Positions 46,489 to 56,929 of a stretch of DNA of 64,000 bases are shown here, piece after piece (positions within the stretch are counted from its first letter, which is position 1; each line of letters starts with the position of its first letter). Position numbers and translations under genes: made by a program. Below the pieces are notes generated by a model, which was not told the origin of the DNA, searched no databases, and saw only the letters and a list, made by a program, of their open reading frames with translations. Source of the stretch: Deferribacterales bacterium (GTDB lineage Bacteria > Chrysiogenota > Deferribacteres > Deferribacterales > Geovibrionaceae); contig JBFWMA010000007.1 in NCBI GenBank assembly GCA_050251875.1, forward strand, positions 32,001 to 96,000. The letters run 5' to 3'.

Positions 46489-46551
46489 ATTTTTAATCAT
46501 AGAGCCAAAACACTGGGTATTGAAAACCCTTTGGTAATGGGGTTTGGAGTT

Positions 46552-46566
46552 TGGCATGCTGATTGC
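46552..46566 (+). promoter_or_regulatory. Sigma54 promoter of glnB-glnA
   Basis: TGGCAT-GCTGA-TTGC. Confidence 0.85.
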
Positions 46567-46586
46567 TCCTATCCATGTGCTCATAA

Positions 46587-46937
<351 letters not shown>

Positions 46938-46964
46938 TCCGTATACATATATTCAGGAGGCATT

Positions 46965-48374
46965 ATGACACCGAAAGATGTTCTTAAGATGATTAAAGAG
47001 AACGGTATTAAAATGGTTGACATGAAGTTCGTGGATTTCCTCGGCACATGGCAGCACACAACTGTCCCCGCTCACATGGTTGACGAAGATTTCTTCGAAA
47101 ACGGCATGGGCTTCGATGGTTCTTCTATCAGAGGATGGCAGGCGATCAACAACTCAGACATGATCATGGTTCCTGATCCCTCTACTGCTAAAATAGATCC
47201 TTTTGCTCAGATTCCTGTTCTTTACATGATCTGCAACATTTTCGATCCTATCAGCAAAGAGCCCTACTCAAGAGACCCCAGAAACATCGCCAGAAAAGCT
47301 GTTAAATATCTTCAGTCCACAGGCATAGCCGACACAGCTTACTTCGGACCTGAAGCTGAGTTTTTCATCTTTGACAACATTCAGTTCGACTATACAAGAA
47401 ACACAGGATACTTCTTCATCGATTCTGAAGAAGGCGACTGGAACACAGGAGCTGACGGTAAAAACCTCGGATACAAAGTTGCCAACAAAGGCGGCTATTT
47501 CCCCGCTCCTCCCACAGACAGCCTCTGGGACATCCGTAACGAAATGGTTATGACTATGGAGTCTTTGGGACTTACTATCGAAAACTCTCACCACGAAGTT
47601 GCCACAGGCGGTCAGTGTGAGATCGATATGAAATTCCAGGACATGCTTACAATGGCTGATCAGCTTATGACATACAAATATGTTGTAAGAAATGTTGCCG
47701 TTGCTCACGGTCAGACTGCTACTTTCATGCCCAAACCCCTCCACGGAGACAACGGTTCAGGTATGCACGTTCACCAGTCACTGTGGAAAGATGGTAAACC
47801 CCTGTTCGCAGGCGAGAACTATGCCGGACTTTCCGAAATGGCTCTCTACTACATCGGCGGTATCATCAAGCACGCTCACACCATAGCTGCTTTCACAAAC
47901 CCCACAACTAACTCATACAAGAGACTTGTACCCGGATTCGAAGCTCCCGTTTCTCTGGCTTACTCCTCCAGAAACAGATCAGCTTCTATCAGAATCCCCA
48001 TGTACTCACCCTCTCCTAAGGCTAAACGCGTTGAGATCAGATTCCCTGATCCTCTTTGCAACCCCTACATGGCGTTCTCCGTTATGCTGCTTGCCGGTCT
48101 TGACGGTATCCAGAACAAAATCGATCCGGGCGAGCCTATGGATAAAAACCTGTATGACCTCGATCCTATCGAGCTGTCTGCTATTCCCCAGATGCCTTCT
48201 TCACTGGCGCAGTCTATCAACGCTCTTGAAAAAGACCACGACTTCCTGCTTAAAGGCGATGTCTTCACAGAAGATGCTATCGCAAGCTGGATCGAGTACA
48301 AAAGAGCTAACGAGATCTCCGCTATTGACAGCAGACCTCACCCCTACGAATTCAAAATGTACTTCGACGCTTAA
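46965..48374 (+). CDS. glnA: Glutamine synthetase type I (beta)
   Basis: 'FDGSSIRG', 'HHEVA', '[20 protein letters not shown]', '[13 protein letters not shown]', adenylylation loop 'KNLYDL'. Confidence 0.98.
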   Translation: MTPKDVLKMIKENGIKMVDMKFVDFLGTWQHTTVPAHMVDEDFFENGMGFDGSSIRGWQAINNSDMIMVPDPSTAKIDPFAQIPVLYMICNIFDPISKEPYSRDPRNIARKAVKYLQSTGIADTAYFGPEAEFFIFDNIQFDYTRNTGYFFIDSEEGDWNTGADGKNLGYKVANKGGYFPAPPTDSLWDIRNEMVMTMESLGLTIENSHHEVATGGQCEIDMKFQDMLTMADQLMTYKYVVRNVAVAHGQTATFMPKPLHGDNGSGMHVHQSLWKDGKPLFAGENYAGLSEMALYYIGGIIKHAHTIAAFTNPTTNSYKRLVPGFEAPVSLAYSSRNRSASIRIPMYSPSPKAKRVEIRFPDPLCNPYMAFSVMLLAGLDGIQNKIDPGEPMDKNLYDLDPIELSAIPQMPSSLAQSINALEKDHDFLLKGDVFTEDAIASWIEYKRANEISAIDSRPHPYEFKMYFDA

Positions 48375-48396
48375 TAAGCGGACAGGTAAACATATT

Positions 48397-48430
48397 AAAA
48401 AAGGCGGACTTAATTGTCCGCCTTTTTTTT
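48397..48430. terminator. Bidirectional terminator after glnA
   Basis: A-run-GGCGGAC-TTAATT-GTCCGCC-T-run. Confidence 0.85.
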
Positions 48431-49580
48431 ATCTATATCTCTGCATACCCTCTTCTATACTCTCATAAACCGAGGCGTCTTCCGGATGCGGAGCCTTTAC
48501 CCGCTCCACCACGAAACTCCGTTTTTTGCTCAGCTTTATCGTCTCGAACGGGTTACGATAGCTGACGGACGGCAGCTGAACGCCGAAGCTGTAAACCGTC
48601 TTATCGCCGTCAGTGGTTTTTATATATCCGTTCTCTGTGACAGTCTCGCCCTCTTTCAGCATAATAGCGCTGTTGCGCCTTCTGGCGGCGGCTCCCTGAA
48701 ATCTGTTTTTATACACGAATGAGCAGTAATTAACGTCTATGCTCAGCTCAGCGTCTTTCGAATATTTCATCAGCCTCAGCGCCGTCAGCTCCGATTCCAG
48801 CACGGCTACTTTATCACCGTGGAGATAGGTATAGTCCCGCTCTATCAGCTTTTCAAAATTATACGGAGTAAGCCTGAGCTGGTGCAGGTTCAGATGCTTC
48901 ACCCCCATACCGCTCAGCTCACGCATGATGCTTTTCATCAGCTCCGTCTCTTCCGGCACAGCGGGTATCTCCACCGTAACGGTATCTATCACGCCGCATG
49001 CCTTTCTGACGTGCTCTGTGGTGTATCCGTCTGCGCCTATGTCAAAGCGCAACTCATTCAGCCCGGCTTCTTTCAGCCCGGCGACTATCTCATCGGTCAC
49101 CAGAGTCCCGTTGGTATACATCCAGATATACATAGATGGAAACGCCTTTCTGACCGCTTTTATATATGACAAAGTAAGTTTTGGCGTCAGAAGCGGTTCG
49201 CCGCCGCTGATGCTGACCCCGGTGAATCCATATTTTTTCAGATAGACGATGTATTCTTCCGGCGAAACGAACGATATGGAGTTGGTGGTGGGCATACAGT
49301 TTTCGTCCTGCGGAGAGGGACAATAGAAGCATTTGCAGTTGCATTTTCCGTTTATGAACAGACAGGACCAGCCGCCTTCGGAGCATATTCTGCACCCTCC
49401 GGATATTCTGCCGTAATCCGCCTTTGTGCCTTTGGCGCCCCACTCCACCCTGCCGCCGATGGACTCTATCAGGCTTCTTCTCTCCGCCTCTGCCCGCTCG
49501 GCGTCTTCAGGTTTCAGAAACCTGATCCGGTCATATCTCTCGCCGTATTCTTTCCTGTTAAGCTCTTCATATCTGTTCAT
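48429..49580 (-). CDS. Uncharacterised radical SAM protein
   Basis: 'CNCKCFYC', 'SISGGEPLL', 'YTNG', 'GLNELRFD'; additional 'GCRIC'. Confidence 0.88.
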   Translation of the reverse strand: MNRYEELNRKEYGERYDRIRFLKPEDAERAEAERRSLIESIGGRVEWGAKGTKADYGRISGGCRICSEGGWSCLFINGKCNCKCFYCPSPQDENCMPTTNSISFVSPEEYIVYLKKYGFTGVSISGGEPLLTPKLTLSYIKAVRKAFPSMYIWMYTNGTLVTDEIVAGLKEAGLNELRFDIGADGYTTEHVRKACGVIDTVTVEIPAVPEETELMKSIMRELSGMGVKHLNLHQLRLTPYNFEKLIERDYTYLHGDKVAVLESELTALRLMKYSKDAELSIDVNYCSFVYKNRFQGAAARRRNSAIMLKEGETVTENGYIKTTDGDKTVYSFGVQLPSVSYRNPFETIKLSKKRSFVVERVKAPHPEDASVYESIEEGMQRYR

Positions 49581-49823
49581 ATATTCTCCTGAAAAAATAT
49601 ACCTTATACCGGAAATCAAATAAACAGATAAGTTATTGTAAACAAATAATTTCTATGCAGTTAAATTAACTACATGTCAGATATGGATACTACATATATA
49701 AAAATGTGAATATTAACTTGCGAATGAGTTATCAGCAGGTTAGAATTAACCGATGTGTTTCATATTGAAGTTTTTACTGCTGTAAATTTGAGTATGAGAC
49801 ATAAATACACCACGGAGTTATTT

Positions 49824-50723
49824 ATGTTTAACAAGTTCAGTCTTTTTGTATTATCTGTTCTTTTCATCCTGCTCGCGGGCTGCGCCAGCACGGAGATCTA
49901 TAACAACAGCCAGCAGAGCATCGCAAGAACCAACGAATCGCTTAGAATGCAGAAGAGCGGTCCGGATGTTTCATCTCTTGGACAATATGCCGCCTCTGAA
50001 GGCGGAAAGTATTATTTTAACCTGGTAAACGCATACGTTTCAGATCCCCTCACTATCCCCGCCATAGAAGCCGATCCGGCTACAAACGAAAAAGCGGCAT
50101 ATATATCTGAAAAAACCGTTGAATTTACAAAAAAAGCAATGAAAAAGAGCGTTAAAGAGGGCAAATCAACCAACAACTTCGCCATGCAGGTGATAAAAGA
50201 GGCAGAGGCAGCCGCCAACAACCCCATAAGAATTTTCACTAACCCTCCCGCAGGAGCCGAATACGGTTATGTGAAATTCAGAAAAGGCTATGATCAGCAA
50301 TATGTAAAATCAGAGGATTCATACGACCTTTTCATCGATTTCCCCACCAATTCTCTGGAAGAGGCTGACAAGTTAAAAGAGCAGACAATGGCTTATTTTG
50401 ACGAATTCATAACCAAAGAAAACACATGGAAAAAAGATACAAAAGTCGGCAAAGATTCCACTGAAAACGCTATAAAAAGCATAAAAGCAAGCAGAGACAC
50501 AATAGCAAAATATTCAAAAGCCGCAGATAAAGAAAAAACTCTGAAAGAGCTGGATGCTTCTATAGCCGGTCTTCAGAAACAGATAGACGAAGATAAATTT
50601 CCTAATGTCTGCGTATATTCCTACTCATGGAAAGCAGGAAATAATTTAAACACGATTTCTTTCAATCTCAGTACAGATGAAACAGGGCTTCACCTCAGCG
50701 GAATGACCTGGATCAACAAATAA
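49824..50723 (+). CDS. Lipoprotein of unknown function
   Basis: MFNKFSLFVLSVLFILLAG-C canonical lipobox; GGAG RBS; TAATG coupling to the CHAT gene. Confidence 0.8.
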   Translation: MFNKFSLFVLSVLFILLAGCASTEIYNNSQQSIARTNESLRMQKSGPDVSSLGQYAASEGGKYYFNLVNAYVSDPLTIPAIEADPATNEKAAYISEKTVEFTKKAMKKSVKEGKSTNNFAMQVIKEAEAAANNPIRIFTNPPAGAEYGYVKFRKGYDQQYVKSEDSYDLFIDFPTNSLEEADKLKEQTMAYFDEFITKENTWKKDTKVGKDSTENAIKSIKASRDTIAKYSKAADKEKTLKELDASIAGLQKQIDEDKFPNVCVYSYSWKAGNNLNTISFNLSTDETGLHLSGMTWINK

Positions 50724-53350
50724 TGACACGAAAAATACTGTTAATTTTACTGACAGTTATGTTTACGGCGGCAGTATCCCATGCGGATACTGTTGCCGGA
50801 TTTAAAGGTCAGCTGAAAGTAAAAAAAATGCTCAGCGGCAAATATACATCTGCTGACGAAATAGCGCTGTATGACGAAATCATCGCCATATACGGGCTTT
50901 TTGAAACAAACAGTCAGACATCAGCCGATGCGCAGGTGAAAGAACATTTCAAAAAAGGCAAAGACATATGGCAAAGGCTGAAAAAATTCAACCCCACCTA
51001 TTCTGCCGATAGATATCTTTTCAAAGACCTGTGCAATGCGGTCACCAACTATTACATGGCTACAAACAGGCTGTACGAAACCATTCCATATTATAAAATG
51101 CTCGCCGAGGACGCTTACGATATCAATCTGCTGGATCAGCATCTCCTGTCGCTTATGAATACTGCCGAGACCTACCTTAATCTGGGACAGACAGAATCCG
51201 CAAAAGAGCTGATAAAAAAGATAAAGAGCATCGTTGACGATTATTTTGAGCTGGATATTGACGACATTAAGGCTAATCGTCCCCACTTCGTTGTGGTGAA
51301 CACCGCATACCGAACGCTCGCTGTCAAAGCGTCCATGATGGACGGATATTCTGACGCCAATATCAAAGACGAGCAGAGGTTTTTTGATTTTCTGCTGAAA
51401 TACTATGACTATAAGTACATGACACCATACATAAAAGTGGCCGGAGGCATAACCACCGAAAACTATTTTGAAATCAACGTCTCAAAAGACACCATCAAGG
51501 ATAAAATGTACAGGGTCAACGATGGAGAGATGTTCACATTCGCAAAGCTCTTTGCCTTAAACGGAGACTTCGAAAGAGCCGGTCAGGCTCTGAAAGAGGC
51601 TGTGAAATCAGTCAGCGAGAGCAGAGGAACCCCCATTAACGACTTATCTGAAACATACCCTGATGCACTCATAACAAAAGAAGCCATGTCCATGACCAGT
51701 CTGTCCGGTTATTGGGATAAATTCGGAATGCTGAAGGCGAAATATCGTCTGGTGTATCTGGAACACCTCTACAAAGCCGTCATAAACATGATGACAGGCA
51801 GGCTGAACGAATCGTCCTTTGAACTGCTGGACGCACAGACAGCGCTGAAAAAGCTGAACCACGCATACAGCTATCTCCCACCGGAATTTTATTACATCGA
51901 CAACATGCAGAGCAGTTACTCTGATCTGCTGGGTACGGAAGCCCTGCTCTATGAAAAAAGAAAAGAATACGAGTTCGCCGCCGCTAACTATAAAAACCTG
52001 ATAAACGTCTATGAAAAATACAGAGAGAGTCTCCCTGTGGAATACCGCCGTGGTTTCTTCCGAGGCTATTCCAAAGACGCCTATCTGGGGATGATAAGGG
52101 CGAAAGCCGGAGAATATTCCCAGAAAAAGACAGAAGGGTCCTTCAATGCTTTTCTGACCGCCGTGGATATGCTGAACGCCAGACAGTTTAAGGATATCAA
52201 GCCGGAGTTCTCATCAGCCGATCCGTCTCTGTCCGCTGTCAGAAGCGGTCTGAAAAACGATGAAATGATATATCTGATAATAGATTCCGGCACGGAAAAC
52301 ATTACCGCCGGGATATCGAAAACCGCCTATTCTCTGGACATCAGCCCAAAAGCGAAAGGACAGGACAGGCTGACTAAAAGATCGAAAGATGATCTGGCGA
52401 AAAACCACGTCTATGATAAAAAAATGCTGGCAGATCTGACGCATAGCCTGGTCGCCCCGCTGGACAGATTCAAAGGAGTCAGAAAGATACATCTCCTGTC
52501 AGACGGAGCAGTGTCCGCACTTCCTTTCGATATTCTGCCTTATAAAAACTCTATGATATTCGACAGCTTTACCGTGGATCATATAATTACCCTAAACGGG
52601 CTGAAAAATAATGTTTTTAAACCGGCATATTTTCTGGGCATAGCCGATCCGGAATATGAGAAAAAACATCTGGCGATGCTGAGAAAAAAGGAAGTGTCCA
52701 GAGCCAGATCGGTTGATATCTCAGGCTATTTTCAGGCACTGCCCGAAACCAGAGACGAAGTAACATCCATAGCGGGGATGCTGGGCAAATCCAGCCTTCT
52801 GCTGGGGGCAGACGCGGTGGAGAGCCGCATTAAGTCCATGCCTCTGGACGCATACACCATACTGCATTTCGCCACACACGGTATTCTGGGAGGCGAGATC
52901 CCCGGAATGGACGAGCCTGCGCTGGTGATGTCCGAAGAGACCGGACAGGATTCCCTGCTGACGGCTTCTGAGATAGCAAAGCTGAAGATCAGCGCCGACA
53001 TGGTGGTTTTATCCGCATGCAACACAGGCAGCGGACAGTATTTTCGTGGAGAGGGAGTGACGGGCATAGCCAGAGCCTTTGAGCTGGCTGGCGCCTCAAA
53101 CGTCATAGCGTCTCTGTGGCCTGTGGATTCGTTCGCCACAAAAACGCTGATGGAATATTTTTACGGATTTATGAAACAGGGATTAAAGCCCTCCGAAGCC
53201 CTGCACATGGCTAAGCAGAAACTCAGGATGACGGGAGAAGGCACAGCGGGCAATGACAGATCGCTGAAAAAATCCGGCGGAGCAAATACGAAATTCACGG
53301 GATATCAGAACCCCTATTTCTGGTCGGGATTCATACTGATAGCGTCTTAG
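50723..53350 (+). CDS. Exported TPR-like/CHAT (caspase-like) protease
   Basis: Sec signal (..AAVSHA|D); 'LPETRDEV', His in 'LHFATHG', Cys in 'VLSACNTG', 'ASLWPVD', 'NPYFWSGF'. Confidence 0.9.
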   Translation: MTRKILLILLTVMFTAAVSHADTVAGFKGQLKVKKMLSGKYTSADEIALYDEIIAIYGLFETNSQTSADAQVKEHFKKGKDIWQRLKKFNPTYSADRYLFKDLCNAVTNYYMATNRLYETIPYYKMLAEDAYDINLLDQHLLSLMNTAETYLNLGQTESAKELIKKIKSIVDDYFELDIDDIKANRPHFVVVNTAYRTLAVKASMMDGYSDANIKDEQRFFDFLLKYYDYKYMTPYIKVAGGITTENYFEINVSKDTIKDKMYRVNDGEMFTFAKLFALNGDFERAGQALKEAVKSVSESRGTPINDLSETYPDALITKEAMSMTSLSGYWDKFGMLKAKYRLVYLEHLYKAVINMMTGRLNESSFELLDAQTALKKLNHAYSYLPPEFYYIDNMQSSYSDLLGTEALLYEKRKEYEFAAANYKNLINVYEKYRESLPVEYRRGFFRGYSKDAYLGMIRAKAGEYSQKKTEGSFNAFLTAVDMLNARQFKDIKPEFSSADPSLSAVRSGLKNDEMIYLIIDSGTENITAGISKTAYSLDISPKAKGQDRLTKRSKDDLAKNHVYDKKMLADLTHSLVAPLDRFKGVRKIHLLSDGAVSALPFDILPYKNSMIFDSFTVDHIITLNGLKNNVFKPAYFLGIADPEYEKKHLAMLRKKEVSRARSVDISGYFQALPETRDEVTSIAGMLGKSSLLLGADAVESRIKSMPLDAYTILHFATHGILGGEIPGMDEPALVMSEETGQDSLLTASEIAKLKISADMVVLSACNTGSGQYFRGEGVTGIARAFELAGASNVIASLWPVDSFATKTLMEYFYGFMKQGLKPSEALHMAKQKLRMTGEGTAGNDRSLKKSGGANTKFTGYQNPYFWSGFILIAS

Positions 53351-56009
53351 ACCTGTTCACGGCGGACGACACCAGCCTGTATACCTCTGCCGCCAGTATA
53401 ACCGTGAGCCCCATGCCTATCACATACAGCCAGTCAGACAGCGTCATGGACGATGTATAGAACGTCTCCTGGGCTGACGGCAGATAAATAATAATAAACT
53501 GGGCGGCGAATGTCAGCGCCCATACCATCGTCAGAGTATGGTTATCCAGATAGCTCTTGCGGAATATCGATACCGAAGTGTCTCTGAAGTTGAATATGTG
53601 CATCATCTCAAAAACGATCAGCCCTATGAAGGCGGCGCTTCTCGCCTCTGTCTCCGGCTCTCCGATATAGAGCAGATACCAGAATATACCCACGGTGAGA
53701 CCGCCTATCCAAACCCCCAGACTCAGCAGAAACAGCATAACGTCTTTGGACAATATGGCGGATTTCGGGTCTCTGGGAGGCATCAGCATGCTGTTCTTCA
53801 CTGCCGGATCGGTGCCCAGCGCCAGAGCCAGCAGTCCGTCCGTGGCAAGGTTGATCCAGAGTATCTGAACAGCGAAAAGTATCACAGGCAGATCGAGAAG
53901 CATGGCGGCAAGGATTGTGACTATCTCGCCGAAATTAGCCGACAGAAGATATCTGGCGACTTTCTGCACATTCTCATACTGTCTGCGCCCCTCTTCCACT
54001 CCGTCTATAATGCTGGAAAAATTATCATCCACCAGAATCATGTCGGATGCGTCCTTCGCCACATCCGTTCCTTTGATCCCCATCGCAATACCGACATCCG
54101 CTTTTTTCAGAGCCGGAGCGTCATTCACTCCGTCACCGGTCATGGCGACAACACGCCCCATGCCCTGTAATGTTTCCACTATGCGGTATTTATGCTCCGG
54201 AGCCACACGGGCAAAAATTCTGCATTTCTCCAGAGCCCTGCGGAACTGCGGAGCGTCCATCTTATCCAGATCGGCTCCGGTCAACACCTTGTCAGAGATA
54301 ATGCCTATCTCACGCCCGATAGATCTGGCTGTGACAGGCGAATCTCCCGTCACCATGATAACATCTATACCCGCCTGATAAGACCTTTTCACGGCGGCTG
54401 GTACCTCCGCTCTGGGGGCATCTGAGATACAGACGAACCCCAGAAAGACAAGCCCGCTCTCCAATATGGCATCGTCAGCCTCAATGTTGCCCGGCTGGGC
54501 GCTGGCTATGGCGAGAATCCTGAGCCCGTCCGCCGCCAGACGGTCGTATTCTTTGTTAAGCGATTCTATGAGCTGTTTGTTCATAGGAACCTTCCATCCG
54601 TTCGACAGCACATAGGCGGAGCTGTGCAGAATACGTTCCGGTGCTCCTTTGGCATATAGAAAATATCTGTTTTCATAACCATATACGGATGTCATGCGCT
54701 TTCTGGATGATGTGAAACCTATCTCTTTTACCAACCGCATACCGTTCTTTATGTTTGCCGCTTCTATGCCCGCCTTCATCCCCATGCAGACCAGCGAGCC
54801 CTCGGTGGGGTCGCCTACGGGCATATATCTGCCGTCATGACAGCTCAGCACCGCCCTGTTGCACAGCACGGAAGCGGTAATCAGCTCCACCAGACCGTCA
54901 GACATCAGCGGGTCTATCTTCTCCCCGTTCAGAAGAAACTCACCCTCCGGCTCATATCCGGAACCTGTGACGTCATAAGTCTTTCCGCTCATATATATTT
55001 TTCTGACGGACATCTCGTTCTGCGTCAGCGTGCCTGTCTTGTCAGTGCATATCACCGATACCTCGCCCAGAGTCTCTGTGGCGGACAGGTTTCGGATTAG
55101 GCAGTTTTTCTTCACCATGCTTCTCACGCCCAGCGCAAGAGTGATGGTAACCACCGCCGGAAGCCCCTCGGGTATCACAGCCACAGCGAGGGAAACCGCC
55201 AGTATGAACATCTCGAAAAGCCCCCTCTCCTGCACCAGCCCCAGAACAAATATACCGAAAGCGATACCCAGCGATATATAGCCCAGCTTCCGCCCCAGTC
55301 TGTCCAGCTTGAGCTTCAGTCTGGTTTCATCAGACCCCATGCTCTGTGTCAGCCCGGCTATTTTGCCGAACTCTGTGTTCATGCCAGTTGCGGTAACAAC
55401 ACCCAGTCCATGTCCGGCGGCGACTGTGGTTCCCATATACGCAATGTTATGCCTCTCAGCCAGAGGCGTCTCTTCGGCGCACACGCTGACTGTCTTAGGC
55501 ACGGGGAGTGACTCGCCTGTCAGCGCCGACTGATCCAGACGCAGGTCTATAGACTCGATGATATACACATCGGCGGGAACTTTTGCCCCCATCTCCAGAA
55601 GCACGACATCGCCCGGGACTATCAGCTCGGAATCTGTCAGGCAGATTTCGCCGTCTCTGATAACTTTGGTTTTCAGCGAAAGAAGACGTTTAAGAGATTT
55701 TATGGATTTCTCCGCCTTGATCTCCAGATAGAACCCAAGCAGAGCGTTCAGAATTACGATGGCGAATATGGCGCAGGCATCCGTTATCTCTCCCAGCAGA
55801 GCCGATATAACGGCGGCTATAAGCAGGATGATAATCAGAACGCTTTTGAACTGTTCGAGGAACATCATCCATCGGCTCTGTCCTTTCTGTTCAGACAGCC
55901 TGTTTTTTCCGTGGGTGTTCAGAAGATTCTTAACGGCTGAGGACGACAGCCCTTTTTCAGACGTGTTGAGCCGTTCCAGAACCTCTTTCATCTCTGTGTT
56001 ATGGAACAT
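53331..56009 (-). CDS. P-type cation (Ca2+-type, P2A) ATPase
   Basis: 'LTGES', 'IPEGLP', 'DKTGTLT', 'KGAPE', 'TGDGVNDAPALKKAD', 'QILWINLATDG'. Confidence 0.95.
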   Translation of the reverse strand: MFHNTEMKEVLERLNTSEKGLSSSAVKNLLNTHGKNRLSEQKGQSRWMMFLEQFKSVLIIILLIAAVISALLGEITDACAIFAIVILNALLGFYLEIKAEKSIKSLKRLLSLKTKVIRDGEICLTDSELIVPGDVVLLEMGAKVPADVYIIESIDLRLDQSALTGESLPVPKTVSVCAEETPLAERHNIAYMGTTVAAGHGLGVVTATGMNTEFGKIAGLTQSMGSDETRLKLKLDRLGRKLGYISLGIAFGIFVLGLVQERGLFEMFILAVSLAVAVIPEGLPAVVTITLALGVRSMVKKNCLIRNLSATETLGEVSVICTDKTGTLTQNEMSVRKIYMSGKTYDVTGSGYEPEGEFLLNGEKIDPLMSDGLVELITASVLCNRAVLSCHDGRYMPVGDPTEGSLVCMGMKAGIEAANIKNGMRLVKEIGFTSSRKRMTSVYGYENRYFLYAKGAPERILHSSAYVLSNGWKVPMNKQLIESLNKEYDRLAADGLRILAIASAQPGNIEADDAILESGLVFLGFVCISDAPRAEVPAAVKRSYQAGIDVIMVTGDSPVTARSIGREIGIISDKVLTGADLDKMDAPQFRRALEKCRIFARVAPEHKYRIVETLQGMGRVVAMTGDGVNDAPALKKADVGIAMGIKGTDVAKDASDMILVDDNFSSIIDGVEEGRRQYENVQKVARYLLSANFGEIVTILAAMLLDLPVILFAVQILWINLATDGLLALALGTDPAVKNSMLMPPRDPKSAILSKDVMLFLLSLGVWIGGLTVGIFWYLLYIGEPETEARSAAFIGLIVFEMMHIFNFRDTSVSIFRKSYLDNHTLTMVWALTFAAQFIIIYLPSAQETFYTSSMTLSDWLYVIGMGLTVILAAEVYRLVSSAVNRSKTLSV

Positions 56010-56118
56010 GTCGCTACCCGCTTTTTCTTAAAGTATACACCTGTTAACATACGAAACACATAAAAAGGCGGAAAAATCAGTCACCCCAGCCCCATAACTT
56101 GCCAGGGACGCCGACATA

Positions 56119-56133
56119 TGATAATTATTATGA
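56119..56133 (+). promoter_or_regulatory. Fur-family box upstream of the flavodoxin-ferredoxin gene
   Basis: TGATAATTATTATGA, one mismatch to the 7-1-7 consensus TGATAATNATTATCA. Confidence 0.6.
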
Positions 56134-56155
56134 TTGATAAATCTACGAGGCGGAC

Positions 56156-56926
56156 ATGAAAACATATATCATAAATTTTTCTCCCACCGGCACCACAAAG
56201 GCTGTTCTGGAAAGCATAGCGGAAGGCATCGGAAACGAAACAATCACCTATGACCTGACACTGCCGGACAGCTCTGTTCAGGCGAATATAACAGACGGAA
56301 TCGCCCTGTTCGGCATCCCTGTATACGCCGGCAGAGTGCCTCTGGTGTGCGCAGAGAGGATGAAAAACATCACATCTGACGGTGCTCCGGCTGTGGCGGT
56401 CGCCGTTTACGGCAACAGAGCATATGAAGACGCTCTGGTGGAGCTGAGAGATCTGATATCCGCCGCAGGATTTAATGTCATCGCCGGAGGAGCTTTTATT
56501 GGCGAACACTCATATTCTTCCGCCGAAAAACCAGTGGCTCAGGGAAGACCCGACAGCGCCGACAGACAGAAGGCGAATGATTTCGGCTCGATGGTATCAG
56601 ACAAGGTAAAATCAGGCAGAACACAGACACCCGACATGAACGGCAATGTGCCTTATAAAGAAAGAATGGGGATAAAAGGAGTCACACCGCAGACAAAAAC
56701 AGACATCTGCGGCGCCTGCGGAACCTGCGTGAGCGTTTGCCCCACAGACGCTATCACGATAGAAACCACAGCGTCTTCCGATGCGGATAAATGCGTCATG
56801 TGCTGCGCCTGTATAAAACAGTGCCCTTCAGACGCCAGATATATAGCGCATCCGGGGATACTGGAGCGCATAGACATGCTCTATAAAAACTGTTCCGCCA
56901 GAAAAGAACCGGAATTATTTATCTAA
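56156..56926 (+). CDS. Flavodoxin-fold + 2x4Fe-4S protein (EFR1-like)
   Basis: 'FSPTGTT', 'PVYAGRVP', 'YGNRAYEDAL', 'CGACGTCVSVCP', 'CVMCCACIKQCP'. Confidence 0.88.
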   Translation: MKTYIINFSPTGTTKAVLESIAEGIGNETITYDLTLPDSSVQANITDGIALFGIPVYAGRVPLVCAERMKNITSDGAPAVAVAVYGNRAYEDALVELRDLISAAGFNVIAGGAFIGEHSYSSAEKPVAQGRPDSADRQKANDFGSMVSDKVKSGRTQTPDMNGNVPYKERMGIKGVTPQTKTDICGACGTCVSVCPTDAITIETTASSDADKCVMCCACIKQCPSDARYIAHPGILERIDMLYKNCSARKEPELFI

Positions 56927-56929
56927 AAA

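Noticed and set aside
47926..48722. 180-aa and 102-aa ORFs overlapping glnA and the radical SAM gene
   Set aside because: Alternate-frame or antisense, and they run through a terminator
50723..53350. Craspase or other CRISPR-linked CHAT system
   Set aside because: No Cas7-11, Csx30/31 or array nearby, and the protein has a Sec signal
53538..54378. 210-aa and 158-aa plus-strand ORFs
   Set aside because: Antisense to the P-type ATPase; no independent coding signal
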